NCBI RefSeq assembly: GCF_032191835.1
Contig: NC_083225.1
Location: 164,362,001 to 164,426,000 of the forward strand
Direction of reading: 5' to 3'
Length of the DNA stretch: 64,000 bases
Source: Heteronotia binoei
Lineage: Eukaryota
Shown here: positions 51,500 through 63,439 of the stretch, piece by piece
Position numbering within the stretch: the stretch's first letter is position 1
How the letters are laid out: each line of letters starts with the position of its first letter
Position numbers and translations under genes: made by a program
Notes under the pieces: model-generated
What the model was told of the DNA's origin: nothing
The model's database searches: none
The model's input: only the letters and a program-made list of their open reading frames with translations

Positions 51500-52100
51500 T
51501 TTGTAACAGCTAAACATCCTTGCTTGTGGGAGCGAAGCAAACCACGCCATGCAAGGAAGGATCCATCCCGCTGCCTAGCCAACACAGTGAAGGCGGCTCC
51601 TGGGGAAAGCTCCATCCCCACCGCCATTTCCATGTGACTGCGAGGACTACCGTTAGGGAAGGCGGCAAAGGAATCCGGACCCTCTCGCCCTGCGCTTCCT
51701 TCACTCTAGGTCTCAAAGGGGCCCTTCCTTCCTGCACAACTCACCGAATACCAAACGCCCCGCCGCGTCCCGCACTACAGCCTTGTCAAGATGGCGTCGC
51801 CTGGCAACAATCCGCTGGGTTTGCTGTTCTCGCGAGACTCCGTGCGCGTTGCCGGAGTGACCAATCGGCGTTGGGTTGAGGAGGGGGATTCAAAGCGCGA
51901 GGCGGGGCGCTCTAAGAGTCAACGGCTGTTGCTGGAGCGGGTGAGGCGCGTGGTGGGGCTTCGCGTAACTGGCAGAAAAGAATTCGGGCTTATTTCTCCT
52001 GCTCCCCCTTTTCGGTGTCTAATTGGTGGACTTGTGATTCTTTCTTATTGGTGTGGGGAGGTAAACGGGTAACAGTTACTTGAAGCTCCCGGTGAGTGGG
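51500..52100. promoter_or_regulatory. CpG-island bidirectional promoter MRPL57(-)/SKA3(+)
   Basis: CpG-rich; YY1 AAGATGGCG 51788-51796, BANP-type TCTCGCGAGA 51828-51837, CCAAT 51861-51865, CHR TTCAAA 51889-51894, GC box GGCGGGGCG 51901-51909; outward-facing splice donors on both strands. Confidence 0.85.
51745..51830 (-). other. MRPL57: MRPL57 non-coding exon 1 (5' end approximate)
   Basis: Minus-strand donor CG|GTGAGT (plus-strand actcac 51739-51744) inside the CpG island; implies intron 47917-51744. Confidence 0.6.
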
Positions 52101-52645
52101 TGGGTTTTAGGTAGATGTCCTGTCCTCCCCCTTTATGTTGTATTCTTTTTTGGGTGTATATTGTTTGTGTTTCATCGTGGTCCGAAGTCGAGGTTGTGTG
52201 TTATTTCCATTTCCTTGTAACTCTTCCTTGAGTTTCAGTAAGAAAAGGCATCGGGTTAACTAATAAATGAAGAGAACAAAAGTAGGATAGTTGTTGCCCA
52301 TGTGCGTTTCTGATGTCCCCCTCTTTCTGTTAATATGAAATATATGTGTATTTGGAGTAGTGCGCAGCGCTTGAAGTGGCTTTTATGGCTGATGGTGATT
52401 GTGAATCTCCATTAACCTCAGTGAGTACCACTTGTATAGCATGAAGAGTTTGAGGACTTTTTACAAATTTTCCAGTGGAAAGTTAGGAAGATTTGGGGAG
52501 CCCTGGAAAAAAATAATCTCCTATGAACTGGGGGGAGTGAGTGAAATGTGCTGCGATTGCACAGGGACCAAAAGCAAAACAACATGTGTGGTATAAATAT
52601 GACTGCCAAATCCCAAATATACAAAATAATACTGTAGTAATGATT

Positions 52646-52805
52646 TATAGAATCATAGAGTTGGAAGGATCTTCAGGGTCATCTAGTCCAGCCCCCTGCA
52701 CAAAGCAGGAACTTCACAAATATGTCCCACACATACATACATCTGCCGTGACCCTTACTCCAGAAGGTGGCAAAAATCTCCAGGATCCCTTGCCAAACTG
52801 GCCTG
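52646..52805 (-). mobile_element. CR1 3' end fragment
   Basis: tagaatcatagagttggaagg...; homologous to the 9208 tail. Confidence 0.8.
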
Positions 52806-53249
52806 ATATAAAATGTATTTTCAAATAGCTATCTAAAATGGATTACGGACCATTGGATCTGGTTTACTGATTTAGTTTACTTGTGTGCGGATGCAGGGAG
52901 AGGTTCCCAAATTGCATACAGCAACTGTAACTGACCATCCCCATTGGTTGATATCAGTATTAATGCTAACTATTGCAACATAATATATCAATGACTCCAG
53001 AGGAAATTAAAACAGTAGCAGCATATGGTTCTTGAAAAAACATTTGGAAACAGCTTGGAGTACTAGCCCACCCATTACACCAAAGTGCCACAATGAACGT
53101 TTTGTATCATAGATTAAAAGAAACTTACAGAGGCTTACAGAGTTTTTGTGATTAGATTTGTTGAAAATCTGACATTTTGAGAATATGTTTTGTATCACTA
53201 TTAATTCATTAATATGCTTATTTTGTATGTGTGGGATTTGGCAGTCATT

Positions 53250-53387
53250 GCTGAGGGTAAAGTGTAAATGACTGGGGAAGGCAATGGTAAACCACACCAT
53301 AAAAAGTCTGCTATGAAAACTTGAAAGCAACGTCACCCCAGAGTCTGAAATGTCTGGTGCTTGCACAGAGGACTGTCTTTACCTTTC
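53250..53387 (+). mobile_element. Sauria-type SINE 3' half
   Basis: gactggggaaggcaatgg...ggtgcttgcacag...ttaccttt. Confidence 0.8.
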
Positions 53388-54137
53388 TTATGTTGTTTTG
53401 CTTTTGGCTTGTATGTTTAGCACTGTGTCCCTTTAATTCTTGCAGAGATTGCATAGGGTGCAGGTGTTTGCAGCCATGTGTCACTTTAATATATTAGGTA
53501 TATGCTATGTAGTACAATTCTATGCGTTTAACTAAATTATTTGTGAACATTGTTAGAGCAGAAAAAAAAGTATAGCTAGATTTGAAAGCAAAGTACTTAG
53601 TGTATATACAGTTTCCCTTTAAAAAATTTGGGGGTGGGGAGTTAATTTCCATGGTTTCAAAAAATTCTAGAAGTGTAACATATCTTTTTTATCGTTTATT
53701 GTGCCTCCTTCAGAGCTATCTTCAGTCTTATCTAAATAAATTAAGACTGAAGATAGCTCCGAAGGAGGCATGTTTCATCGTGTTTAAAAATTGTTGCCAT
53801 TTCAGTTAGCACAGTTAGTGTAAGATCTGGTGAGTTTACAAATTACTGTTACAGGTAACATTGTGGTGAGAATGAATCTCACAGTTGACCAGTAGGAAAC
53901 AGCAATTACCTTCCAAACTCAGGCATAATTTGTTGGTGTCTGGCTGATTTATGGGTAGCTCAGGCCGATACAGGGCTGAAATGGATTCAATGAGATCTTC
54001 TGGTTTTCAGACTTCAGAAGAACCACCTTGTGCTTAAATATTTTCTGTTGTAATAATGCCTTATGTTGCAGGTTACTAGAAGTTTGCTCTGAAGGCAATA
54101 GCAACAAAACATTGCTTTGTGTAGAGTTCCCTCTAGC

Positions 54138-54240
54138 ATGGATCTGTCAGGAAGTTTCTTCAGTAAACTTCGAGCCTTAGTGATCACTTTGGAGCAACAG
54201 AATGAGCAGCTAAAGCAAGCTTTTCGTGGAGATGAAACAG
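54138..54240 (+). CDS. SKA3: SKA3 coding exon 1 (103 nt)
   Basis: agcATGg Kozak context; MDLSGSFFSKLRALVITLEQQNEQLKQAFRGDET; donor |gtaaga; in-frame upstream stop at 54090-54092. Confidence 0.9.
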
Positions 54241-55200
54241 GTAAGAATAGAGTATCAATAGCAGCAAAATGTGAGGTTAGTGGGCCTGGTTCTGTGGAAT
54301 CCTCTGATATGGGCTTTTTCTTGCTGTTCTTTGGCTGTGCACAAGCTGTACAATGACGTGTTAGTTGTAAAACAGAGCATCTGGTGAACAAATGCTAGCC
54401 CTGATCCCAAGGAATAGCTGTCTTAGTTTAAAGAGCTATAACCAACTTCCTTTGACCTAGGCTTTTGGTTCAATGGATATCTTTGCAGTCCTAGGCACAC
54501 AAAAGGCTTAATTTTGGCTTGCTAAGTATTCTTTTGAATGCAACAACATAACCATGGCTAAGTATTCTTTTGAATAATTGAAGATAAGCAGCAACCCAAA
54601 ATTTGAAAATGTTTGGAGCGTGTTTGCAGACCATGGTCAAATGCTGCATCTGCACTCAGCAAACCAAAACTTCTAAGGCAGTTTCCCAGTCTATCTCTAG
54701 TCTCCTGTTAGGGAGAGGACTTAATTTAACAAACTTAACTGTAGCTTCCTTGCACATTTTGAATTTGAACTAAGATTTTAAGGTAAGGTTCAGATGGAAT
54801 GACAAAAACCTTGATATTGGCTCTACTTGAATGAGATGTGACTTGTTCCCACAAACCAGTTTGCTGGTTCTGATGTAATAGCAAACTACACTTTGCTGAA
54901 AATCCAGAAGTCACTAAATTAGCCTAGAACATGTGAGCATGGATGGGAAGAGGGATCATGTAGCACAAACCCATTGTGCATTAACTCATTGGTTGTGTTC
55001 AGATATGTTTTCACAAGATCTTATTAACATTTCGCTATTATATAATAGTAGTGATAGCCATTTATTGTAAGAGATCATCATGGCTTCATTGAGGCTCTGT
55101 GCTGAAACATATTCATCTTCAACCATGTTGTAGTATTATATGCCCTGGAACATCTTAAAGATATTGAACTGTGCTTTTTTATTATTTGTGTGTCTTGAAG

Positions 55201-55265
55201 AATTTGAAGATGACTCCCCAATGAGATACTTACATGAGCTGTACTCTGAAATCAGGACACTGAAG
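55201..55265 (+). CDS. SKA3: SKA3 coding exon 2 (65 nt)
   Basis: tcttgaag|...|gtact; EFEDDSPMRYLHELYSEIRTLK (recalled human [21 protein letters not shown]). Confidence 0.9.
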
Positions 55266-55571
55266 GTACTATTTGGTTTGCTACAACTTACTTCATTTTT
55301 ACAGTGATCATTGTTTACAGAATGAAAGTGCAACAATTTTGTTTCTAAAATATGGTCTGCATAATTTTCAAAGCTGGATAGCATATCATTTTTGGCTGGC
55401 TAGGTTACTGTGACTGAGCTAAGAACTAGAACCTCTGAAGAGACCAGCCCAGCAACATCCCAAGAAGCTGGGCAAGGGTCACCCCTTCTTTCTTTAACCA
55501 ATAACAGCAAGCGAGTCTTCAATTCCCAGTAGCTGTTACAGTCGGTATTGTTTTTATAATTTGTGACAAAT

Positions 55572-55848
55572 AGAAGAGGAGGAGATTGGATTTATATCCC
55601 ACCCTTCATTACCCAAAGGAGTCTCAGAGCAGCTTACAATCTCCTTTCCCTTCCTCTCCTCACAACAGACACCTGTGAGGTAGGTGGAGCTGAGAGAGCT
55701 CTCCCAGAGCTGCTCTTAAGCAGAAGAGCTCTGAGAGAGTTATAAATGACCCAAGGTCACTCCAGCAGTTTCATGTGGAGGAGTGGAGAATCAAACCCAG
55801 TTCTCCTAAATAAGAGTCCGCACACTTAACCACTACACCGAACTGGCT
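55572..55848 (-). mobile_element. Squam3-type SINE
   Basis: Reverse complement of the 11743-type consensus. Confidence 0.8.
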
Positions 55849-56313
55849 TGGTTATCTGGCTCCAACAACCAGATTGTCAACAGCCAATCCCCTGCTGAGA
55901 CCTAAGCAGATTTAATCTCAGTAACATCCAGTAAAATTCTAGGGAGCAGAGGGAATGGAGAAGGAGCGAGTTATATAGTTCACAATTATCTCATAGAGTG
56001 AGACATGGATTAGAAAAAGGGTAGCTCAGTGTTCTGAGGAATCAGAGGAGTTGAGGACTTGGTTACTGAATGAGTGGATCCAGGTTAATGTTTGTCATTT
56101 GGAGAAACTGTTGAGCTGGGAATAATTGAGAGAGTGTTCATATTGCATTCTCTCTCTGAAACAAAGATTGGCTAGGGATAGTGATCTCCCAGAGAAAGCT
56201 GATACTAACAGTAAATCTTTGATTTATGAACCTGAATGGTTGCTTGTGCAGTTATACCATTATAAAGTATTGAAATCTGTAACATCATCCAGCAAGCTAA
56301 CTGACCCTTTTTC

Positions 56314-56494
56314 CAGGGCTCTTTTTCTAGCAGGAGCGCCTCTGCATATTAGGCCACGCCCCCTGATGTAGCCAATCCTCCTGGAGCTTACGATAGGCTC
56401 TGTACTAAGAGCCCTCTATGCTCTTGCAGGATTGGCTACATCAGGGGGGCGTGGCCTAATATGCAGAGGAGCTCCTGCTAGAAAAAGAGCCCTG
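56314..56494. mobile_element. Palindromic hAT-like MITE in a SKA3 intron
   Basis: About 70-bp near-perfect arms starting cagggctctttttctagcaggag; TSD not evident. Confidence 0.75.
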
Positions 56495-57976
56495 CAAAGG
56501 AGTAAATAAAAGCCGCCTAATTACAATAAACGTATGCCCTCTATGAACTACCTCATCTTTAATATTGTTCATACTTCTCATCAGACTGTAAAGAAGGCTG
56601 AATCATGTAGACCAAGTTATTCAATTGTAGGCTGCCAGATCCTGCAAAAGCCTCTGTTTCAGAGGGATGTTCCTTATGCCTGTGAAAGACACCAAAGAGC
56701 ACTCTTTAAACTTGCACCAAAACCCATCTCAGCCACCTTTTCCACCGTGGTGTTACTCTGAATACATGTGAGGCAATAAACTGAAAGAGTGAGCTCTGAC
56801 TCACAAAAACTCATATGGGAATGAATGTTGTAAGTCTTGAAGGTGCTGCTGAATTTTTGTTTTATTTTGCTGTAACAGACTAGCACAGTTACCTCTGCAG
56901 TCCTGTGTGCAGTTACATAGGAGTAAATACCATTAAACTCAGTGGGGCATACTTCTGAGTAAATACACATATAACCAAACTAAAGCTCCCTGGGCAACAA
57001 TTTGGAATAGACTAATTAGCAGAAATCAGGTGCTAGGTAGCAGCCCCAGTTTAGCATCACATGGTTAGCAAAAACCGGAACAGAGAAGATTCTAAATAAT
57101 CAATAAGCAGTTACTTTAAAAACAACTGAGGAACAAAAATAAAACTTTTCCTAAATTTTAAAGGCTTCCATATGCATAGATTACTTAAACAATTTCTTTA
57201 AACAAAGTCCACCATTATTCCAATTTATAGAACTTACAAAACTGGCAGTTATGTGAATATTTAGGAAATCGAGATTCTAATCTATACAGTTATATCAAAG
57301 CAGCATGTCTTATAAAAGCAGTTAAAACTAGATTAAAAAATGAAACTTTCTGTACTTGTGACTGTGGAGGAAAATGACCAAGGGGTGGGAGGGCACTATA
57401 ACATGGAATGTAACTGTATTGCAGGGCTGCTCATGAACTTGCAGAACAGAACAGAATCCATTGGCGCCTTAAAGATTAACATTTATTCCAATATGAGCTT
57501 GGATGAGACATCCTTTAGAGTGCTAGATGGTGAGCTACATTCAAGGCTGCAGTCCTATGCACAATTTTATAATAGCCCCCTCAAGACTTGGGATTTAACT
57601 TCTGAGTAAATATGCATATGATCAGACTGATCCTGCCCTCCAATTAGGTGATGAACAAATGTGACTTAGATAAGGGGAAAATAGTACTTGTATTTGTAGC
57701 TGACCCCAATATGCAGGAAGGCTACATGTCTCAGTCTTCTCCTTCCCCACAAAATAATCCATGTTAACGTCTATTCAGCAGTTAAATTAAAATGTATTTC
57801 TGATATTCTCTATGAAAAGAGAGATGATTATCATATTACGGATTTCCATTATGTGGAGAAATAAATTACCCCTTTCAAAGGCTTTGTTAGTTCTGCTGTA
57901 CCAGCACTTACAAGTGATCTTGCTCTGTCCTGAGCTGCTATATAGCTTGTTAACAATTTTCTTATATGAATTAAAG

Positions 57977-58139
57977 GTTGAAGCTGGTAATGTTCTTACT
58001 AAGAAATCTCAACAACGAGATACTACCTATGACTTCATAAAGGCCAGCAAAGTTCTAATGAACAGAAATGCAGTAGACCTTGGAAAGACAAGAGAACTTT
58101 TTGAGAAATATGGATACAAGCCCATTATTAGGGAAGCAG
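57977..58139 (+). CDS. SKA3: SKA3 coding exon 3 (163 nt)
   Basis: ttaaag|...|gtaaat; VEAGNVLTKKSQQRDTTYDFIKASKVLMNRNAVDLGKTRELFEKYGYKP. Confidence 0.9.
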
Positions 58140-59412
58140 GTAAATGTTTTTCTTCCCAATCTAGAATGTTTGGCACTTTCTACACATCCTCATTTTGTAT
58201 CTGAAAATTGTCCAGAAAAAAATTTAACACCCCACCTCAAAAAAAAAAAAAATTCCTTAAACAGACTGAAACCTGGTTTTCCATGTTAGATTTTTGGTGG
58301 TTTTGTATTATGCCGGGTTAGTTTTACATGCTGTATAGACACCTTGATTTTTTTCCAGTAACCTCAAATATTGGACTCGCAAAAGAACTGTGCACCTAAT
58401 GTATTTTATATTCCAAGTTTTTCCTGGAATTATGGGCTACACTTGCTCATTCCCTTCTAATGCAAGGCATCTTCCTCCTCTTCCCTACAACTTGATTTCT
58501 TCCACTGGAGGAATATTTCTCAGGCAAATGGAATCATTTGATCAAAATGGTACTTTATGCTTTAAGACATGATGGCTCAGTAGCATATTTGCCTTACAGT
58601 GTGTGATATTTTTCCTTTAGAGCGTTAAAAATTGTTAATCCTTATTCTAGGATTAGGAAAAGCTGTGTGCAACTGGCCACTTTTGTCCACATATATAAAA
58701 ATTAAAATTCTGTTGAGCTGCCAACATTGGTTGGTACTATATCAGCTCAGGATGCAGCTAACTTTATTAAATGATGCAATCTAAAATAGAAAAATTTGTC
58801 CATGAAAAAAACAGCCATGTATAAGATCTCATGGAAGTTTCTAATGGCAAATCAGTGCCTGCATGTGCACTTCTGAATATAAAGTATGATTGCACTTGGA
58901 CATCACAGTAAGCTCTAATATAAACAGAGGTTTGTTTGCATTGAGCATGGACCCAGCCTGTTTGCTGTGTTCATGTAATGCCTTCCCCTTACTACTACTA
59001 AGAACCCCGCCCCCCTTATCTCCAGAGCTTCCTTGAAAACTTCCTAGTTTGACCATCAAAGAAAATAGGCTGATCAAATTGTAAAATGTCGACCTCTGCA
59101 GGTAAGAGGAGGAGAGATACTGGTGAACACACAAACACCACCAACTGTTCATGCCAACACTTATGTTCAGTATAGAGTGCAACACTAACAAACTGTATTC
59201 AGATGGAATGACAGACCACAATTTGTCATGACAAGAATGAAACTTGGAAGACTTCTGGGAGGAGGCAGCATGCGTGTTCAGGCCATGCTCCTGTTGTATG
59301 GATTCTGGGAATGTTAAGACTGAATACCAATAGAAGCAACTGTATTCTTTTTAATAGTTTATAAGCTGAGAAACAGCACACATTCAATACTGCTTTTTTT
59401 TTTTTAATAAAG

Positions 59413-59758
59413 TGGCAAAAGATGAAGCTGAAACTGATCCTGAACCTGCCAAGTCTGATCAAGAAGAACCAAAAAACCATGCTTGCCCTGAAAATTCCTC
59501 CAAATCTGATCTTCTGGTACGAATTCCACAACTTTCAGATTTTGGGCTTTCAAAATATGCTCTCCCCAGTACTTGGAACAATGTGAATATATTACCACAA
59601 GCCAATGTACAGAAGGAACAGCCAAGAGAGGATTATTGTCCATCACCCAAGACAGAACAGTTTTGTATTAAAGGACGTGACCTTTGTGTGGATGATGACA
59701 CTGTATATTTGTCAGAGGACCAAACAATCTTCCTGCTTAACAATGCAAAAAAAAGTAG
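59413..59758 (+). CDS. SKA3: SKA3 coding exon 4 (346 nt)
   Basis: ttttaataaag|...|gtaagt; contains PQLSDFGL. Confidence 0.9.
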
Positions 59759-60410
59759 GTAAGTAGCATCCTTTTGAAACTGAGAAATGACAGCTAGATG
59801 TTCTTACTACTTTATTGTACTTTCTGCCCTTAATGTGATAATTTATTGTTGAGTTTCCAAACGTTAAAAATGGAGTTTAAGCTACAAATATGTGTACAAT
59901 GTTTAAAACAATTAAATGAAACACAAAAACAAGCAAGAAGTGGGGGGCTGATAAGAGTCAATGAGGAAATGCCGAACAAATGTCTTCACCAACTGGCAAA
60001 AGACAGCAGTAGAAGAAGACAGACTAATCTTCCTGGGGAGGAAGTTTCAGAGTTTTCACACTACAATAAAGAAGGCCCTTTCTCATGTTGCCTCGTGGCT
60101 TTCCTCTAAAAGCACCCAAAGCAGGGCTTCTGAATGACTGGAATGGTTGGGTGATTCATATGAGCAGGCGGTCCTGCTAGCCCAAAGTTGTATAAGACTT
60201 TAAAGGTTAATAGCAGCACCTTGAATTGGGCCTGGAGTGGTAGGTTGTGTACAACCTACTCTAGACAACATTCTGGCTGCAGCAGTCTATACCAACTGTA
60301 GCTACTGGACAGTCTTCATGGGCAGCCCCATGCAGAGCACACTGTAGCAGTCTGATCTAGTTGTTACTAGGGTATGTATCAAAGTTGCAATATTTTCGTC
60401 TTTTCCTTAG

Positions 60411-60478
60411 GCAAGCTAATAAGATGCAAGCATCAAAAGAGAACCTAGCCACACCAAGGGAAAAGAGTAAAGTGTGTG
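60411..60478 (+). CDS. SKA3: SKA3 coding exon 5 (68 nt)
   Basis: ttttccttag|...|gtaagt; RQANKMQASKENLATPREKSKVC; supplies the phase 2-to-1 bridge required between the flanking exons. Confidence 0.8.
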
Positions 60479-61076
60479 GTAAGTCCTAGTTAATCAAAAT
60501 GAGCTGCTTAAACCTTGAAAGAGGCATTCAAAAATAGAAATAAAAATGTGATTACATTTAAGCAAACTGGGTTGTTGGGGTGGGGTTGGTTTGTTTGCAA
60601 CTAGGCTAAACTAAAACTGAGGTAAATAAATTTTTATTACTAATAGGAGCATCTCAGAAATGCTGCTTTTTGTTACCATGATGTTCAGAGGCATACTGAG
60701 GACCAAACTAGAAGTGATGGTGTCCTCATATCTGATACAGGGGTGCCACTGTCATTTTAAGATCTAAAATGGGCAATTGAAACATGCTTCACAGGCCTGA
60801 TAACAGGATGAGTCATTCTTGTGTGTGCGCCCCCCCCCCCCCCCAGCATCTTTCACATGCCAAAAGAGCCACTGTTAACCAAGTATTATATATATTAAAA
60901 AAAACGTTTTAGGCAAAACTGAGAAGCTTCCCATGTGTTCTGACTGACAACTGAGATCTGGTGAATAAGGGAGTCGTCATAGAATCATGTATCTCAGGCC
61001 TGTGTTTTTATGCTGAACATTTCTAAATCTTGAACTATGCCCTCCCTATTTAAAATTACCACTCTGTCTTTTTCAG

Positions 61077-61252
61077 ATTATGATTATATGGCTTCACCTG
61101 TAGTGCCCACTTTCTGTACACCTGGATTGAAAGTTCCCTCCAGAAAGAACACCACTTTACCCAAATCCCCAGAGAGTAACCAGTCAGATGTGTCTAATCA
61201 TATGAATGAAGCTACCAAACTAGACCCTCAGTCTCTGAGGAAAGAGCCTGAA
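61077..61252 (+). CDS. SKA3: SKA3 coding exon 6 (176 nt)
   Basis: ctttttcag|...|gtaagc; DYDYMASPVVPTFCTPGLKVPS. Confidence 0.88.
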
Positions 61253-61423
61253 GTAAGCACCAAATAACTTATTTTATTAATGTTCAGTGTCATAGTTAGA
61301 CATCCCATCCTATTACTGCATTTAGAGGAAAGACTCTGTCTCAGTGGTGATTATCTGAAATCATATTTCACTTTGTAAGTTAGTCTCTGTGTTCCCATTG
61401 CTGACACAATGATTCTTTTATAG

Positions 61424-61606
61424 CAAGCGTGTGTCATCCAGATGGTACCAAATAAAAGGTACATGGAAGAAGCTGTCCTGCCCTCAGAAAAGTATCTGGA
61501 CTGTCTTAAAATACCTGCTCCTCCTGTCATATCAGACTACAGAAACATACTCAATACTCCTCCGCCAGCTCCTGAAATAACTGTCATTCCAACACAAATT
61601 CTGCAG
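61424..61606 (+). CDS. SKA3: SKA3 coding exon 7 (183 nt)
   Basis: cttttatag|...|gtgaga; IPAPPVISDYRNILNTPPPAPEITVIPTQILQ. Confidence 0.88.
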
Positions 61607-61758
61607 GTGAGATAATTGTATTCTTCTGCAACTAGGGCTGTAACTCAGCATTTTTGCTAATTTTTTGCCTAGCTACATGGGTGGAGGGGAAATAAAAACT
61701 GGGAACTGCTATAAGCTATAAATATCTATACTCTCCTAATTTTAAAAAATTTATTTAG

Positions 61759-61886
61759 ATTTTATCAAAGTATAACTCAAACATAGAACCACCCAGAGTC
61801 ACAGAGAAGATGAAAAATGAAGAAATGGCTGCACAGTTTGAAAGAAGGCCTGTTCTTGCTGTTGATATTAGTCACAAAGAAAACAG
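61759..61886 (+). CDS. SKA3: SKA3 coding exon 8 (128 nt; unspliced read-through stops at TGA 61888-61890, giving 411 aa)
   Basis: atttag|...AG|gtgaga; ILSKYNSNIE...DISHKEN. Confidence 0.88.
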
Positions 61887-63423
61887 GTGAGACTTAAGCA
61901 TGGGAACTGGAGCCAAAAGTGTAATGGAACTAGTATAGTATTATATCTGTTGACAATTGAACACTCTCCCCACACTCCTGCCACTTTGCTTGAGTGTCTA
62001 TGAGGAACTTGCTTTTTTGCACTTGAGTAGAGGGTGACCTGTCCTATTTGTGTTTGTCTTATGGTAGTCTCTGTCCATCAAATATAGCATTTGTTTCCCA
62101 ACATGTGGGTTGGGCTCCAAAAGCAGGCCATAGGCCTGCCCTCCATAACAGCTATTCCTGCCCTTTGCATTGCTCTTCCTCCTTGCAAACATCTCGTATC
62201 TTGCCCCTGCTTGTAAAAAGAATGAGGGCAGAAGAGCCATTTTTGGATATGGTACAGGGGCTAGAGACAGGAGCCCTCCTCCCCTTACTGCAGAACTGAT
62301 CAGGACTGAATCCCTGCTGCAAATTTTAAAAAGTAGGGGGTAGAAAAGACTCTAAAATGGTACTGCATTTCCATGGCAGACTTGGTGGTGCAGTTTTCCC
62401 TAGGTTGGCCCTTAGACTTATCAGTAATGCATAGGTGAAATCAGTGCAGGCTCTGAAAAGGGCCAGACTTCAGCCACTCTATAGGTGGTTAAAGATGGTA
62501 ACATGCTGAGCATTAAGCAGATTTGAGCAAGTAACTGTTTCCTGTGTGAAGCAGGAAAATCATCATGTATGAAGTGGCTACTAGAAGAACCAACGTCAGT
62601 GTTTAATTTGAGGCAAGGCCTTTATTTTGGAAACCAAGCCCTGACCCTGGGAAATGCAGTCTTCTATGCCATACAATAGTTGGTACTTTTTCTTCAGAGG
62701 ATATGCATGTGGATTAATAAAAGAAAGCAAGTAAAACATCCTGATGGTTATCAAAGCAACTGTCTTGGAATCTTAGAGGGGATTAGAGGTAGTAATGAAG
62801 AGAGGGAGATGAAAGGCTTAAAGGTAACATCTATAAGCAGGGCTGGGTACTTTGGAATGCTGCCCGCTTGGGATTCATAGTAAGGGCAGTAGTGCCATGC
62901 GCAGTGTTTGTTAGTTTCTCAGAACATCTTGTTGGCTGCTGGAGAAAATTGAATGCTGGACTAGATGGACCCCAAGGTCATAGTTTGCCTAGGAGTGCCA
63001 AAAAACCTTAGTTGGCTAGAGGGGTCACCATAACAAGTAAATTTAGACCTTAGGGTCAGCCATACCAGAAAGGCTGGAAACCAATGAAGTAAAAGCATAG
63101 TCTCTGAAAATTCTCCAGCCACAGCTATCATAAACTTGGATGGGTTAGGAGTTCTTGTGAATATCTCATCATTTAAGTGATGATATGATATGAAATCTAC
63201 ACCTGGGAAGGGGTGGAGGTGTAGCTGGTGGAGAATCTCCTAATTCAAATTGATACTACTTATCTGTTCATCTATTGGAAAGGGGGGAGACAAATTGCAC
63301 TTCTTAGGCATCTTTTAAAATAAGAGATGGTTACAAAATGTTTACACATGCAGGAAAACTTCAAATATCACTTTGAAGATAGTCCGAAAACTACAATGTA
63401 ACCTATTCCATTTACATTTCCAG

Positions 63424-63439
63424 AGAGTATTGTGGATGA
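63424..63439 (+). CDS. SKA3: Probable SKA3 terminal exon coding part (R-EYCG*)
   Basis: Acceptor ccatttacatttccag| at 63423; completes the phase-2 AG codon and stops at TGA 63437-63439; no homology support. Confidence 0.45.

Noticed and set aside
51791-52072. 93-aa ORF starting at the ATG within the YY1 motif as a SKA3 N-terminal extension
   Set aside because: It probably starts upstream of the SKA3 TSS, and splicing 51940-54072 meets an in-frame TGA before the SKA3 ATG.
22076-54575. Short direct duplications (about 22076/22106, 27225/27250, 37899/37927, 54520/54557)
   Set aside because: These are ordinary 19-28-bp slippage duplications with only two units; they are not CRISPR-like and show no functional pattern.
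59846-60109. 87-aa ORF in a SKA3 intron as a missing exon
   Set aside because: No convincing splice sites; the 60411-60478 exon satisfies the phase requirement and has good sites.
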